A DNA stretch of 64,000 bases from Anthoceros angustus (taxonomy: Eukaryota > Plantae > Anthocerotophyta): contig MU008164.1 in NCBI GenBank assembly GCA_010909165.1, positions 620,001-684,000 of the forward strand. The letters run 5' to 3'. Numbering within the stretch: the first letter of the stretch is position 1; every line of letters begins with the position of its first letter. Below, piece by piece: positions 33,638-45,010 of the stretch. Under the pieces are notes generated by a model, which saw only the letters and a list, made by a program, of their open reading frames with translations, had not been told where the DNA came from and did no database searches. Position numbers and translations under genes: made by a program.

Positions 33638-35935
33638 TCAATGCCTATCCAAACATGAACATGACCCATCCAGGAAACGATGCACTCTATGGGCATCTCT
33701 CACAATAATCTCTCGCTGTTCAAGACGTGACATGATCTTGGTGCTGCTGTGGCAGTCATTGCACATGCGAAGATTTTTTGTAACCAGCAAAGTTGTGCCA
33801 TCGGGGGTGTTCAGCAGACCATATGCCAAGGCAAGTTTTTCTGCATGTCCACACAAAGCATCTTCTTTCTCCTGCTCAGATACTGCCTTCAGCACCAACT
33901 CTGTTTGTGCTACATGCCCACCTTCCTCTTTCAACCTCCGGTTCACGCTTTCCAGCTTTGATGCGACGTCAGATCTCTCTTCTCCCACTGTGAACTCGTG
34001 CACCTTGTTTCCCACTTCAATGGACACCTTTGCAGGCTTCTTCCATGCATGTGCAGACTTCCTCAGGCTCTCTATTCGGTCTACATCATTCCACCTACTG
34101 GCATTTGCATAGATATTGCCTAAGAGGACATATGCGGATGCGCTTTCAGGTTCCAATTCGACAAGGTGGTCGAAGCAGCGCTTGCCCCGCTCGGAATCGT
34201 TGTGACTTTTGCAGGCACTTAACAGTGAGGTCCACCCCACCACATTGTTCTCACAAACCATAGTCCGCAATATAACCTCTGCTTCTGCGAGGTGCCCTGC
34301 CCGCCCAAGAAGATCAACCATGCAGTTATAGTGACACTCACTGGGCTCAATACCATGCTTCTCGAGCATCATCCTGAAACACCGCTGCCCTTCCTGGACC
34401 AGGCCTACGTGACTGCATGCTGCCAGAAGGCAGGTAAACGTAGCTTCGTTAGGCACAAAACCATCCTGATACATGTCTTCAAAACACTGCATAGCCTTCT
34501 GACCTTCGCCATTTTCAGCATAGCCATTAAGCAAAGCATTCCATGTCACAACATCTTTGGTGGACAAGTTGTCAAATACTCGACGAGCCTCCTCCATGCT
34601 CCCACATTTTGCATACATGTCAACCAAGCTGCCACCAACATACACCTTCGAATCTAGACCTCTTTCACGGGTCTGTGCATGAAGCTCTCTTCCCTGATGC
34701 AGTGCTCCAACATTAGCACATGCCTGAAGAAGGCAAGCGAACGTAACTTGATCAGCTGGACCGGCACCTTCCTGATCCATCTTCCTGTACAAAGCCAGTG
34801 CCTCGGCACCCTGTCCATGCTGCGAGTATCCTGCAATCATGGCATTCCAGGTAACCACATCTCTGTTGGGCAGTCTGTTGAACACTGTCCGAGCCTCTTC
34901 CAAGCTCCCACACTTTGAATACATGTCGACAAGGCAATTCCCAACACCCACATCAGTTTCCAGACCACTCGCACGAATCACCGCATGAAGCTGCTTCCCT
35001 TTTTGCAGATCTCGGAGTGTTGCACATGCATTCAGGAGGCACAAGAACGTAACAGGATCAGCTGAAGTCAGCCCTTCCTGTTGCATTCTGTCATATAGTG
35101 CCAGAGCTTCTCCCACGAGCCCATTCTGTGCATAACCAGAGATCATGGTCGTCCACGTCACCACATCCTTGTTCAGCAGACTATCGAAAACTCTGCGAGC
35201 ATCCTGCAACCGCCCACATTTCGCATACATGTTCACCAGGCTGCTGCCGACAAAGATGTTGGCCTTCATACCACTAGCCAGAACATCGGCATGCACCTCC
35301 TTCCCGGACACCAGATCCTCTGCACTGGAGCAAGCCTTGAGGACGGCCACAAACACGTGGCTGTCTGCCTTCACTGCTGAACTCCTCATCTGTCGGTACA
35401 GATCTATAGCCTCAATGGGCTGTCCATGCTGGGCATACGCCAAAATGATGGAAGACCACATGTAAGCATTTGGCCTGGCCACCTTTGTGAAGACGTGCCT
35501 TGCTTCCTCCAACCTCTTGTGAGAAGCATACATGGCAATGATGTGGTTAGCCAAGAACGGGTCTAACTCGTGCCCACTTCTTGCAGCAATAGCATGGATC
35601 CGCTTGCAAAGCAGCAAGTCCTTCCTGCATCTCTTCAGAACCCCATAAAACAGAGAGGTGTCAACATCAGAACCTCGCTGCACCAGGAGATCTAGTGCTT
35701 CAACAGCCTCCTTCAACCCTGCATCCTCACAACGTGTGCTCAAGGTTTCAGCCATCACATTGCCTGCATTCGTTGCCTTCCTGAGAGACCCACCATCATT
35801 TTTGTTCAGCCATAGCCCCTCCTTGAAGGTCTTGTACCTCAAGTCATGATGGTGAGCAGTTCTTTTACTTGCCTTGAAGTAGTACTGTATAGCACTAGAG
35901 GACAGTTGCTGCCACAAGAGCTCCTGCGCCACCAT
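33638..35935 (-). CDS. PLS-class PPR protein with 14 PPR motifs, E1/E2 and a complete DYW:KP domain ending DRH; candidate U-to-C RNA-editing factor, about 765 aa
   Basis: Uninterrupted ORF; the first ATG is at 35935 (the track start at 35995 is TTG). It has WKKPAKVSIEV in place of the PG box, the HAEKLA and CNDC zinc ligands, and terminal SCSCLDRH. Confidence 0.92.
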   Translation of the reverse strand: MVAQELLWQQLSSSAIQYYFKASKRTAHHHDLRYKTFKEGLWLNKNDGGSLRKATNAGNVMAETLSTRCEDAGLKEAVEALDLLVQRGSDVDTSLFYGVLKRCRKDLLLCKRIHAIAARSGHELDPFLANHIIAMYASHKRLEEARHVFTKVARPNAYMWSSIILAYAQHGQPIEAIDLYRQMRSSAVKADSHVFVAVLKACSSAEDLVSGKEVHADVLASGMKANIFVGSSLVNMYAKCGRLQDARRVFDSLLNKDVVTWTTMISGYAQNGLVGEALALYDRMQQEGLTSADPVTFLCLLNACATLRDLQKGKQLHAVIRASGLETDVGVGNCLVDMYSKCGSLEEARTVFNRLPNRDVVTWNAMIAGYSQHGQGAEALALYRKMDQEGAGPADQVTFACLLQACANVGALHQGRELHAQTRERGLDSKVYVGGSLVDMYAKCGSMEEARRVFDNLSTKDVVTWNALLNGYAENGEGQKAMQCFEDMYQDGFVPNEATFTCLLAACSHVGLVQEGQRCFRMMLEKHGIEPSECHYNCMVDLLGRAGHLAEAEVILRTMVCENNVVGWTSLLSACKSHNDSERGKRCFDHLVELEPESASAYVLLGNIYANASRWNDVDRIESLRKSAHAWKKPAKVSIEVGNKVHEFTVGEERSDVASKLESVNRRLKEEGGHVAQTELVLKAVSEQEKEDALCGHAEKLALAYGLLNTPDGTTLLVTKNLRMCNDCHSSTKIMSRLEQREIIVRDAHRVHRFLDGSCSCLDRH

Positions 35936-36971
35936 CGCGTCACGGCATACAATAGGCGATGGGCAATGTGATAGACCAAACTCGAAACTCTGCAATCAGA
36001 TTAATGTGAACCGCTGGTTTGTTTTTTTAATTTGGTAACTTCACATCAGATTTTAGTTGATCGTTTAAATTGTTTAAGAAAAGATCATATATGTAATATG
36101 TTATGTGGGAAGGTATGGAATACCGTTCTCGTCACGCGCCATTGTGTGTGTGACATTGTTTTTTTTTGCTGTACTATACTGAAATATGCTATGGCATCTT
36201 CTAGATTCTTTCGTATAATATATGTATAATATGTGGCACATCAACCTTGATAGGGTTGTACGTGAGCAAAAAACTTTTTATCACACACTTTTGGCCTGGT
36301 GTTCCTATCGTGTCATGGAGAAGATATGTTCTTTAGGGTTTTAGGATAACATCACCACACATACATGTTCATACACATGCGGCAGTGCACACATACACAA
36401 ATTTTTGGGTGAAAGTTTGGCCCGCATGCAGGCTTCGCTCTCGCCTGAAGGCAGCTTCATTCTCGCGCGACCGTGGCTACAACATGGAGGTAAGGCTTAT
36501 GCATCGTGCAGATAAGAGGCTCAACGTAGACACGGGTTTAGGGTCCCTTTGTGTCATTTCTCGTCACTCCCCAAGGCCTTCATCACATAGCATCTGATGG
36601 CATGGACAGGGAATCCAAGCCACTGAGGACAACCGTCATGCCTTATCCGGGCCATTAGAAGCATTCCAAGTGACACGCCAATTTCAAACAGAAAAGCCCA
36701 CACTTGGCCTCAGGCTTGCACAATTGCAGTCACAAAAAGCACATGTTCAAGTTTGCACTCCCACCTCATGGTGGGGAGCTCTCAAAACACCTTCCTACAA
36801 AACACCTACAAACCATGCTCCACTCAAGCTGGAAAGAGCTGTAGAGCAGGGCCACCATCCTCCTGTGCTCCAGAGCGTGGCCCCTGCGCTTGCGAGTTCG
36901 GAGGCTGCCTCGGCGCCGCATGAGGAGGAGGAGGCTGCAAGGGGGAAGAGGTGTGGACAACGGGCTCTCCT

Positions 36972-39900
36972 TGGGGTTAGGAAATAAGCTGGGTTTGTTT
37001 TTTTCGTAGGTATGGAGTGTAAAATAAGGCGGAAAAGGAGGAATAAGCCGCAGATGACTCCGGGACTATGCTCCGGAGTGCACTCGGACTCCGAGGTAAC
37101 GGACCCGGTGCACTCGAAGGACCCGGACCACACGGTCTGGGATAAGTCCGGACCCCACTCCGGTCAGAATGGGATCATCATGATGGGTAATTTAGAAGTT
37201 GGGGCGGAGGCGGTAGCGTGGGCCAGCCACAGATGGAAGGCGGGCATGCGAGGCGGGCATGCATTGCCGATGCCGTTATAGCGGTATTCACGCTCCATCT
37301 GCAGGCAATAAGGCGAGTAAGGCGGGCGTGGCGAGAAGTAAGCCATGCGAGCTCCCGGCGATTCTGACGGACAAGCCACCTCCGCGGCAGTTACCCAAGC
37401 GGCGAGAGGCAAGGCGGTCATTCTTCAAGCAACCGCGATCTTCGCATGCTCTCGCGCTCGAACACCGGCCCTCACGGCATTGTCTTTGTGATCGCTCGGG
37501 CACCCTCCGCGTCGCTCGACTTCGCGAAACAGCCCAGCCGGAGCGGACAATTGCGGAGCCTCACACTCGGCGGCGGGGCCCGGCGGGGTGGGAAGATGGG
37601 ACCTAAGAAGGCGGAGGTTTGGGAGCCATGGAGCTTGGTGGAGCATAACGCCGTCAAGCGCTACCGGACCCAGACGTGGTGGAGGAGGCGGGGGCTGGTC
37701 AAGGAATAGCACACAGACGTTTTCAGTGTCTGGACCTTGACAGTCGCCTAGTCCAGAATCGCCCGGAAGATGTTGGCACCAACAAGGAGGTTCGATCTAA
37801 GAGCCTTGAGAGGACCCTAGGAGGTGGGCCGTGGAGGTCCTGAGGCGTGTACAATCGTGGCGGAGGAAGTTGGGCGTGAGTTAGGCAGGCGCCACGTGGG
37901 CGGCCTGAATGGAAGGCAGCGGGCATGCACGGCGGGCGGGGCCGTAGCATTGCCGATGGCCGTTATAGCGGTATTCACGCTCCAGCGTGCGCGGCAGTAA
38001 GGCGGTAAGGCGGGCGTGGCGAGAGTAAGCCATGCGAGGCTCACAGCGATTCACGGACGAAGAGCCACCTCCTCCGTACAGTTGCCCGGCGAGAGGCAAG
38101 CGGTCATTCTTCAAGCAACCGATCTTCGCATGCTCGCTTTCGAGACACCCGGCCCTCTGGCGTTGTCTTTGTGATCGCTCGGGCACCCTCCGTCGCTCGA
38201 CTTGGCGAGGAAGCAGCCAAGGCGGACAATTGCGGAGCCTCACACTCTGGCGGGGCGGGAGGGGAAGATGGGACCCAAGAAGGCGGAGGTTTGGGAGCCA
38301 TGGAGCTTGGTGGAGCATAACGCCGTCACCAAGCGCTACGGACTTGGGCCGTGGGTGGAGGCGGGGGCTGGTCAAGGAGTGGCACTGGGCGTTTTCAGTA
38401 TGGACCTTGGCGTCGCCCTAGTCGGAATCGCCGGGGAAGATGTTCGGCGGCCAACAAGGAGGTTGATCTAAGAGCCTTGAGAGGACCCTAGGAGGTGGAG
38501 TGGAGGTCCTGAGGCGTACAATCGTCCGTGAGGAGAATTGGGCGTAGTCCGGAACCTCTCAAGGCCGGGGGAAGATAGGCGGCAAGGCCTGCTGGCAGGC
38601 GCAACGAACAACCAGCGGTGGTTGATGTCGGACTTCTTTGGGCCGGAGAGTGAGGCGATGGCAGGATCATTGTCCACTTGGAACATGCTCACCAAGGTAG
38701 ATCACCTTGGTGACAATCTGCTGAGTGTTCTGCATGTGCAGAGAGGAAGGAGGCGGGAGGAAGGATCATCTTCGCCGGGATCAATCGAGGCTCTGGGTGA
38801 GGTGTGAGAAGCCTCCTCCGTGTTGCTCGCGTTCTTAATTCATGTGGGGCACGAACCTCCCGAAGGAGGAGAGAGGAGCACGCACTCGGGAAGGGGCCGC
38901 CCCTGGGAGGCGGAGGAAGAGCGCGAGGTGGAGGCCCGTCCGTCCGGAGCAGAGCGCGGGAGGAAGGCGGAGGAGGAATCCCAGACTCCATACGTCTGGG
39001 CGGACTCCCTCGCCACCAGGGAAGTGTGGGAGGACATCCCTTCCCTCCTCCTACTTGCCCGGGCGGCCCAGGAGGAGGCGGCCCAGGCGGCGGCCGGCTC
39101 AGCTCCGAGACCGGCCGCCCGGCCGCGGCCCAGCGGACTCGTCGGGGACCGAAGAGGCGGAAGGCGGTGCCACCATAGCACCGGGCGGCGCCCATGCCCT
39201 TGCCCCTGCAGTGGCGAGGCGGGCGGTCTGAAGGCGGAAAGGCCGCCCAAGGCGGGAGGCCAGCGGCCCAGGCAGTCCTGTCTCCGGCCGGGAGAGGCAA
39301 AGGTCGACTCGAACCCCTCACCTCAAGGCCGGAGAAAGAGGCGGACAAAGGTGGCGGCCAAGAGGGCCAAGAAGGTGAGGCTCAGGACCTCGGCCTCGGG
39401 ACCTAAGGGTCTGATTAGGTCCAGAGCCAGTCCGGACTCACTCGGGCTGCGGTATGGAGGTCCTTGGCGGAAGAGATGCCCAGCGGACTTCTTGGGGGCC
39501 TCACTGGCGGCCGTGGAAGAGACACGGCGGGTCACAGCTCTGGTCATGGGCGGTATGCTCTGGGGACTCTGGGGCCGAAAACCCGGAGGTGGAGGCAACA
39601 GGAGGCGCATGGTGCTCCTCAGAGGAGATGGGCGGGAGGCGGGGAAGGCGGAAGTCCCGGCCGCATCGAGGAAGGAAGCAGCGGAGGCGGGCCGAGTCGG
39701 CGGTCAGAAGACGGACCAAGGTCCTCAGTTTATGTGGTGAGGCGGTATGAGAGGCCCAAGAGGTGAAGATCTCTGCGACGAAGGGGGGCGAGAAGGAGGC
39801 GGAAGGCTCATGACTGGCGGCAGTGGCTCGGACCAGTGACGGTGAAGGCAGCGAGAAGCGAAGCCGGCGTGGGATCACTATCGGCGTGATCGGGCCGGTG

Positions 39901-42008
39901 GAGGAGGCATGGGGTAGCCAACTGAAGGCGAGCAGTGGTGAGCAAGCAGTCGGCCGTGAGGAGGAGGCTGAGGTCCGGAAATGGGGACCTCGAGTGCAGT
40001 GCGGGAGGTAGAGGCGGCGGCGGAGGCTGGAGGAGCAGGATACCTTGGGCTGCAACTCCAACGCATCGAGGCGGGGGTTCTCAGAGAGAATCCAAGACTT
40101 CCGGGAGATAGGCGCCTCGGCTTGAAGCGCGGAGGAGAATAGGACAGTCCAAGGAGTTTGTCGCGGCTGAGTGGAAGCCGAGTCGGACGGGGATACCGGC
40201 CACTGGAGAAGGAAGTGGCGGACCTCGGGAAAGGATAAGCGGAGGAAAAGCTGGAGGAGAAGCGGTGCTCGTCCGATTCTGAGAAGCAGAGAGGAGCTCG
40301 GCTCCATGGCCGATAAGCTGGCGGAGGCGGAGGAGGAGGAGAGCGTCGGCGGCGAAGGCTGCGAGGTGTCGGAGGCCGCTTTGGTGGCATCGAGGGTCCG
40401 CTGCGGTTAGTAAGCACAGCAGCAGGCAGGTCGGCGGTGGGCGGCATGCCAGTGCCGACACCTCTGGCGGAGGAATACGGGTGCTCGGGCCCATGTGGAG
40501 GATTGGCAAGTCGATTGACTTTGCCTACTACCAGAGCTCCTCAAGGCTCGGAGGTCTTGCGCCACTCTGGCGGTGGCGGACTTCGGAAGGTCGGAAGGAG
40601 GCGAGGGAGGAAGGACCAGGGCAGCCACACAGGGACCCTAAGGTTTGATGACAACGGCGTGGCGAGGAGAGCGGGGGCAGACGGAGGAAGGGACCTGCCA
40701 GGTAGCACTCTGCACCTCCGGAAGGAAGGAGGAGGGCCTGGGAGGCCGTGGAAGGGGCGCAAGACTCGGGAACCAAGGGAGGCTCGGTGGGGTGAGCCGT
40801 GATCGCAGTGAGGCGAGCCGAAGAGCGTGGGTCGGACTTTGTCCGGACTCTTGAGGCCGATCCAGTCCGGCCCCCCAGAAGTCTGGACTTAGAGGTCAGG
40901 ACTCTAGTAGCGAGACGGACCACAGTCGGACTCCAAGGAAGGTTGGGCCAGGGCCGGACCCGAGGCAAGTCAGGCCCAGTCGAACTCCGGAAAGAAGGCG
41001 GACAGGACGGACCCGGAGGAAGGCCGGACCTAGAGGTGGGACTCGGAGTCGAGGCAGGTCTGAGGTCCCAAACTCGGGGAGTGGGGAGAGCCACCGATCC
41101 TGACGGATCCATCTCTTGGCGGGCCGCTATGGGGGCCAAAGATAAGAGAGGAGGAGGAGGACTTAGTGGTGGCCCGTTGTCGGGCCACCGCCGTGCGGCC
41201 AGCGGACCTCGGGGAGAGGTAGGAGTCCCGCCTCGCGGATCATCCGATTGGAGTCGCCCTGATCGTCGAGCTCGGCTTTGGGCCGCCCGGTGCCAAGGCG
41301 GAATCGGGGCCATCCAGCCCCACCACGGCGGAGATAGGAGAATAGAGAATAGTAGGCGGCCAATTAGGCGCGGTGACCTATTCGAATAGAGGTGTAATAA
41401 AGGCGCCGACCTTGGCGTAGTATAAGAGTGCACTGAAAGCATCTTTCTCTTGGTGTTGATCTGCGTCTTACAGCTCTTGAGTGCCTTCTTGTTACGAGTC
41501 TGAGTCATGGCGAGCTCCAGCCGGAGGCCGATCAAGGTCTTAGTAGCCGAGCCCTAACGTGTGTGGTGGTGTGTGTGGGAAGCGGCGCTGGACCCTTGCT
41601 CATCGGTAGCCCGGCGTTGGGCCGGGCCGGAGCAGTGAGCCGGAGGAACTCGGGAGGCGTCGAGCCGGACGGAGAGGCCAGTAGAGCTACGAAGGAGGTC
41701 CGGACCCTAGCCACCATTTCTTCCCAGACGATAAGTGTAGTGAGCGGTGAGAGGAGCGGACTAGATGGATGAGTGTGAACTTGGCGACACGTACGACGGG
41801 TCCTTAAGCGTTTGGCACTTGCCGGGCTGTCGGTGAACGCGTTAAGTAGTAGGGTGTGAAGCGATAAATAGGCGTGTTGAGAGACGGACATTAAGTGAGG
41901 TGAGGAATGATTGAAACGTAGCAAACAAAGCTGTCATTCTCTTGGAGCGGACCCCTTACTTCAACGACACGGGTTATGGCGGTGGCCATCGATGAAAGTC
42001 ACGCCACA
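36972..42008 (+). mobile_element. GC-rich element copy A: degenerate unassigned ORF region plus LTR-like end (40494-42008); internal ~675 bp tandem duplication at 37232-38520
   Basis: Homologous along its length to 46452-50962 (-). Both start TTGGGGTTA(G/A)GAAATAAG and share coding remnants such as KAEVWEPWSLVEHN / KLEVWEPWNLVERN. Confidence 0.7.
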
Positions 42009-43009
42009 AGCCGTCTGACCGGTGCCATAGCATGGCAAGGTGGAGCCCGGCTGTGCCTCTGGAATTAGAGAGGGAGCAAACTGCATTCCCTGCATGAAAG
42101 GGTATGGATAGCGGGGAAAGGGAAGGCTAAGCGGTGGCGAGGAGGGAGGGTCTTGGGTGTCCACCACCCCGGACATGGATGCGATGAACACGATAATTTT
42201 GAAGGGGGATATCGGCCTTGGCGAGACCTTGTCACGAAGAACACCTTACCTAGAACGACATATGTGCCCTACTTTGATAATGCACACCCTTTACGAGGTC
42301 ATCTTTGATAAAAGATGCACTTTCAAGTCTACACCGAGGCTGGAGCACGGTGGGGTGTGGGCCCGTTCGTTTAGTAGAATGCATAGAGGGCTGCCATTTT
42401 CATATGTTTATTACAAGAAAACTTTTACTTTCAAGTGGTGGAACACAATGAAAACAATCTTGTACTAGCGGAGTCTCATTTAAGTGGTCGTGAGAACATT
42501 GCAACAAACAAGCTAAAGGAGGAAGTGGTCATCGGACGACAATAGCCATTCAAGAGTGCGGCTGGCGACTCATCCATGCCTTGGCCAGTCAAGTACCACC
42601 GCCATATTCGGAGGCGGTCCATATCCTCCGCCTCGAAGTTGTCGTTCTCCTCCATTGCTTGCTCGTCTTCAATAGTATCATTCTTGGGCCCGGTCCGGTG
42701 TCGGCCACCGCCTGACATCTGTGCGACCCTCATCCAAAAGGTCACCAGTCGTGGTCTTCAACCTTCTGGTACTCAATGCAACCACTTGGGCTTTAAGGCA
42801 ATGCCAGCGTCCTTAAAATGAACAAAGTTAGTTGCCCATGCGCCCATGCAAGCATCCTTAAAATCAACAAAATTGAATTATTGAAGAGGCATGAGTTTTG
42901 AATACGAAACCTACCCGTTACTACACTTATTTCCCAAACACTAGACCAACGATCCATGGCTGTAATGCTCTTGAGGAGCTAAATATTTATTTTTGAAGAC
43001 AGCCTAGGA

Positions 43010-43345
43010 GGAGGCGGCCGGCCGCGGCAGGGGTGCTGGGGAGGCGGCCGGCCGGCCATGGGCAGGCATGGCGTGTTGGTGGGGGCGCGGCCGGCGCGCA
43101 GGTGTGCTAGGGAGGCGGCCCGGCCCGCCATGGGCGGGGTGTGCTAGGGAGGCGGCCGGCCGCGCCCATGGGCGGTGTGCTAGGGAGGCGGCCCACCCCG
43201 GCGGCGTGTTGGGCGCGGCCGGCGCCATGGCGTGTGCTAGGGGGCGCCGGCCGGCGGCGCCATGGGCAGTGTGCTAGGGGGCGGCCGGCAGTGTGCTAGG
43301 GAGGCGGCGGCGGCGCCCATGGGCGGTGTGCTGGGGAGGCGCCGG
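43010..43345. repeat. Very GC-rich degenerate repeats (GTGTGCTAGGGAGGCGGCC / GCCCATGGGC units)
   Basis: About seven GTGTGCT(A/G)GGG motifs are visible. Confidence 0.8.
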
Positions 43346-44548
43346 CGGCGCCCTCCTGCACCATCCTGCGGTGAAGCTAGGGGGACAAGAAGGGCAGCGG
43401 TATCCTATCACCGATGGAAGGTGTGGCCCATTTGCGGGAAGGGTTAAAAGATTTGCGTCCATAGGTATTGAAGAGTATAAGTGGTGGGAAGCCTTTTGGG
43501 TGGACGGAAGGAGATTGCTATCATTGTGGAGAATAACATTGGGCTAGTGCTACGTCCTTGGAAGTGGTTTTCACGTGCGAAGTGGATCATACTGACCACT
43601 TCAAGTGCGGATGAAGCTTTGCTAGATGAGGCATTATTGAGGGACCTCCACGTGATATGTAGGGGCATATCAAAATGCGGGAAGGCAAGCTGCGGAAATG
43701 GCGGATGAATGGGGACATAACGGAAATCAGAGGGATGTTTACGGCGGTGCCGTGCAATACGGACACGCATAGCCATTACGGATTGGGGAGGTCATTGGCG
43801 TGAAGCTAAGCACGACCTCACTTTCTTATCCACTAGTATCGGACCGAGCACATAGATGCGTATGAAGGAGATATGCGAGAACACATAGTCATGAGTGGTA
43901 ACCCATCGGTCCAATCTTAGGAAAAAGGGAATAAGATCCATTACCTAAAAACATCTGAGGTATTTGTAGATGAAACGTCATCTGTATTATGGGTTTGTGT
44001 TGAGCATACGGAAACATCTGTGTCACGGTGGACAAAAGCGATAAGGGATAAGCTCTGCGAGTTGCGTGGCTTCATACAACTGCGAGTGAAAGTGTCGGCG
44101 AAGATAGTGATGACAATGGAGGAGAATTTGGACCAAGTGATGACGATGGATTGAACTACGGGGATGAGTGGCGAAATCTCGTTTTCGGGGTCCCGAGTTA
44201 ATGTTGTAAGTCCGGTTCTTGATGTTTACGTGTTAGGAAATACCACATGTGGCTTTTGTGGTGTCATAACAAAACCACATTTCCATCCCAAAGCGAGTTC
44301 TGATCGTCCACGGCGAGCAGCCTTCCTCACCGTTCCTACTTTGCATCATTCCCTAGGTTCGAGTTTGCGACCACCATTCGACACAAACATTCTTTGGATG
44401 GAAAGTAGTAACTTTCTTGGGTGACACCCTTTTTTTGAATGTTTTCCAATGCCTTCAAAAGCATTTGTTTTAGGGCCCATCAAAAACCCCTTGAGATTAT
44501 TTGCGGAAAACCCCTTGAGATTATTACTTCAAAAATTATCGTGTTAGT

Positions 44549-45010
44549 GTCTTGCATAGCTCGTTCATGTATTCTGAATCACAAGCATGGCTTCCCGTCT
44601 GCATGTTAGGGGCGATGGGCATCCTTTCCATCATGCCCTCCACCATGCGCAACCTAAGATCACGCATCTTCTCCACGACCTCAAGGAGGGTGGACATGGC
44701 GCCGCTCATGGCTGCATCAATAGCAACCAAGGATGACCGGGTTGACGCCATAATGCCTCGAACTCGTGAGCAGGAGCTCGATGTCTTGCATAGCTCGTTC
44801 ATGTATTCTGAATGCACCTTGGAAGCTTCCCCGTGCATGTTAGGGGCGATCGCGGGCATCCTTTCCATCATGCCCTCCACCTCTGTGCATCGCAACCTAA
44901 GATCACGCATCTTCTCCACGACCTCAAGGAGGGTGGACATGGCGCCGCTCATGGCTGCATCAATAGCAACCAAGGATGACCGGGTTGACGCCATAATGCC
45001 TCGAACTGTG
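44549..45010. repeat. ~235 bp tandem duplication inside an unassigned minus-strand ORF (44536..45171)
   Basis: GTCTTGCATAGCTCGTTCATGTATTCTGAAT occurs at 44549 and about 44783, and the ORF repeats VRGIMASTRSSLVAIDAAMSGAMSTLLEVVEKMRDLRLR. Confidence 0.9.

Noticed and set aside
31686-35849. ORFs antisense to the PPR genes (31686..32282, 32348..32875, 33558..34112 and others)
   Set aside because: They are shadow frames of genuine PPR coding sequence.
36320-36345. Telomere-like TTTAGGG motif
   Set aside because: An isolated match, not an array.
38689-41535. Long GC-rich ORFs (306 aa, 268 aa, 335 aa) as host genes
   Set aside because: They overlap on both strands in very high-GC repeat DNA and their frames are not conserved between element copies.
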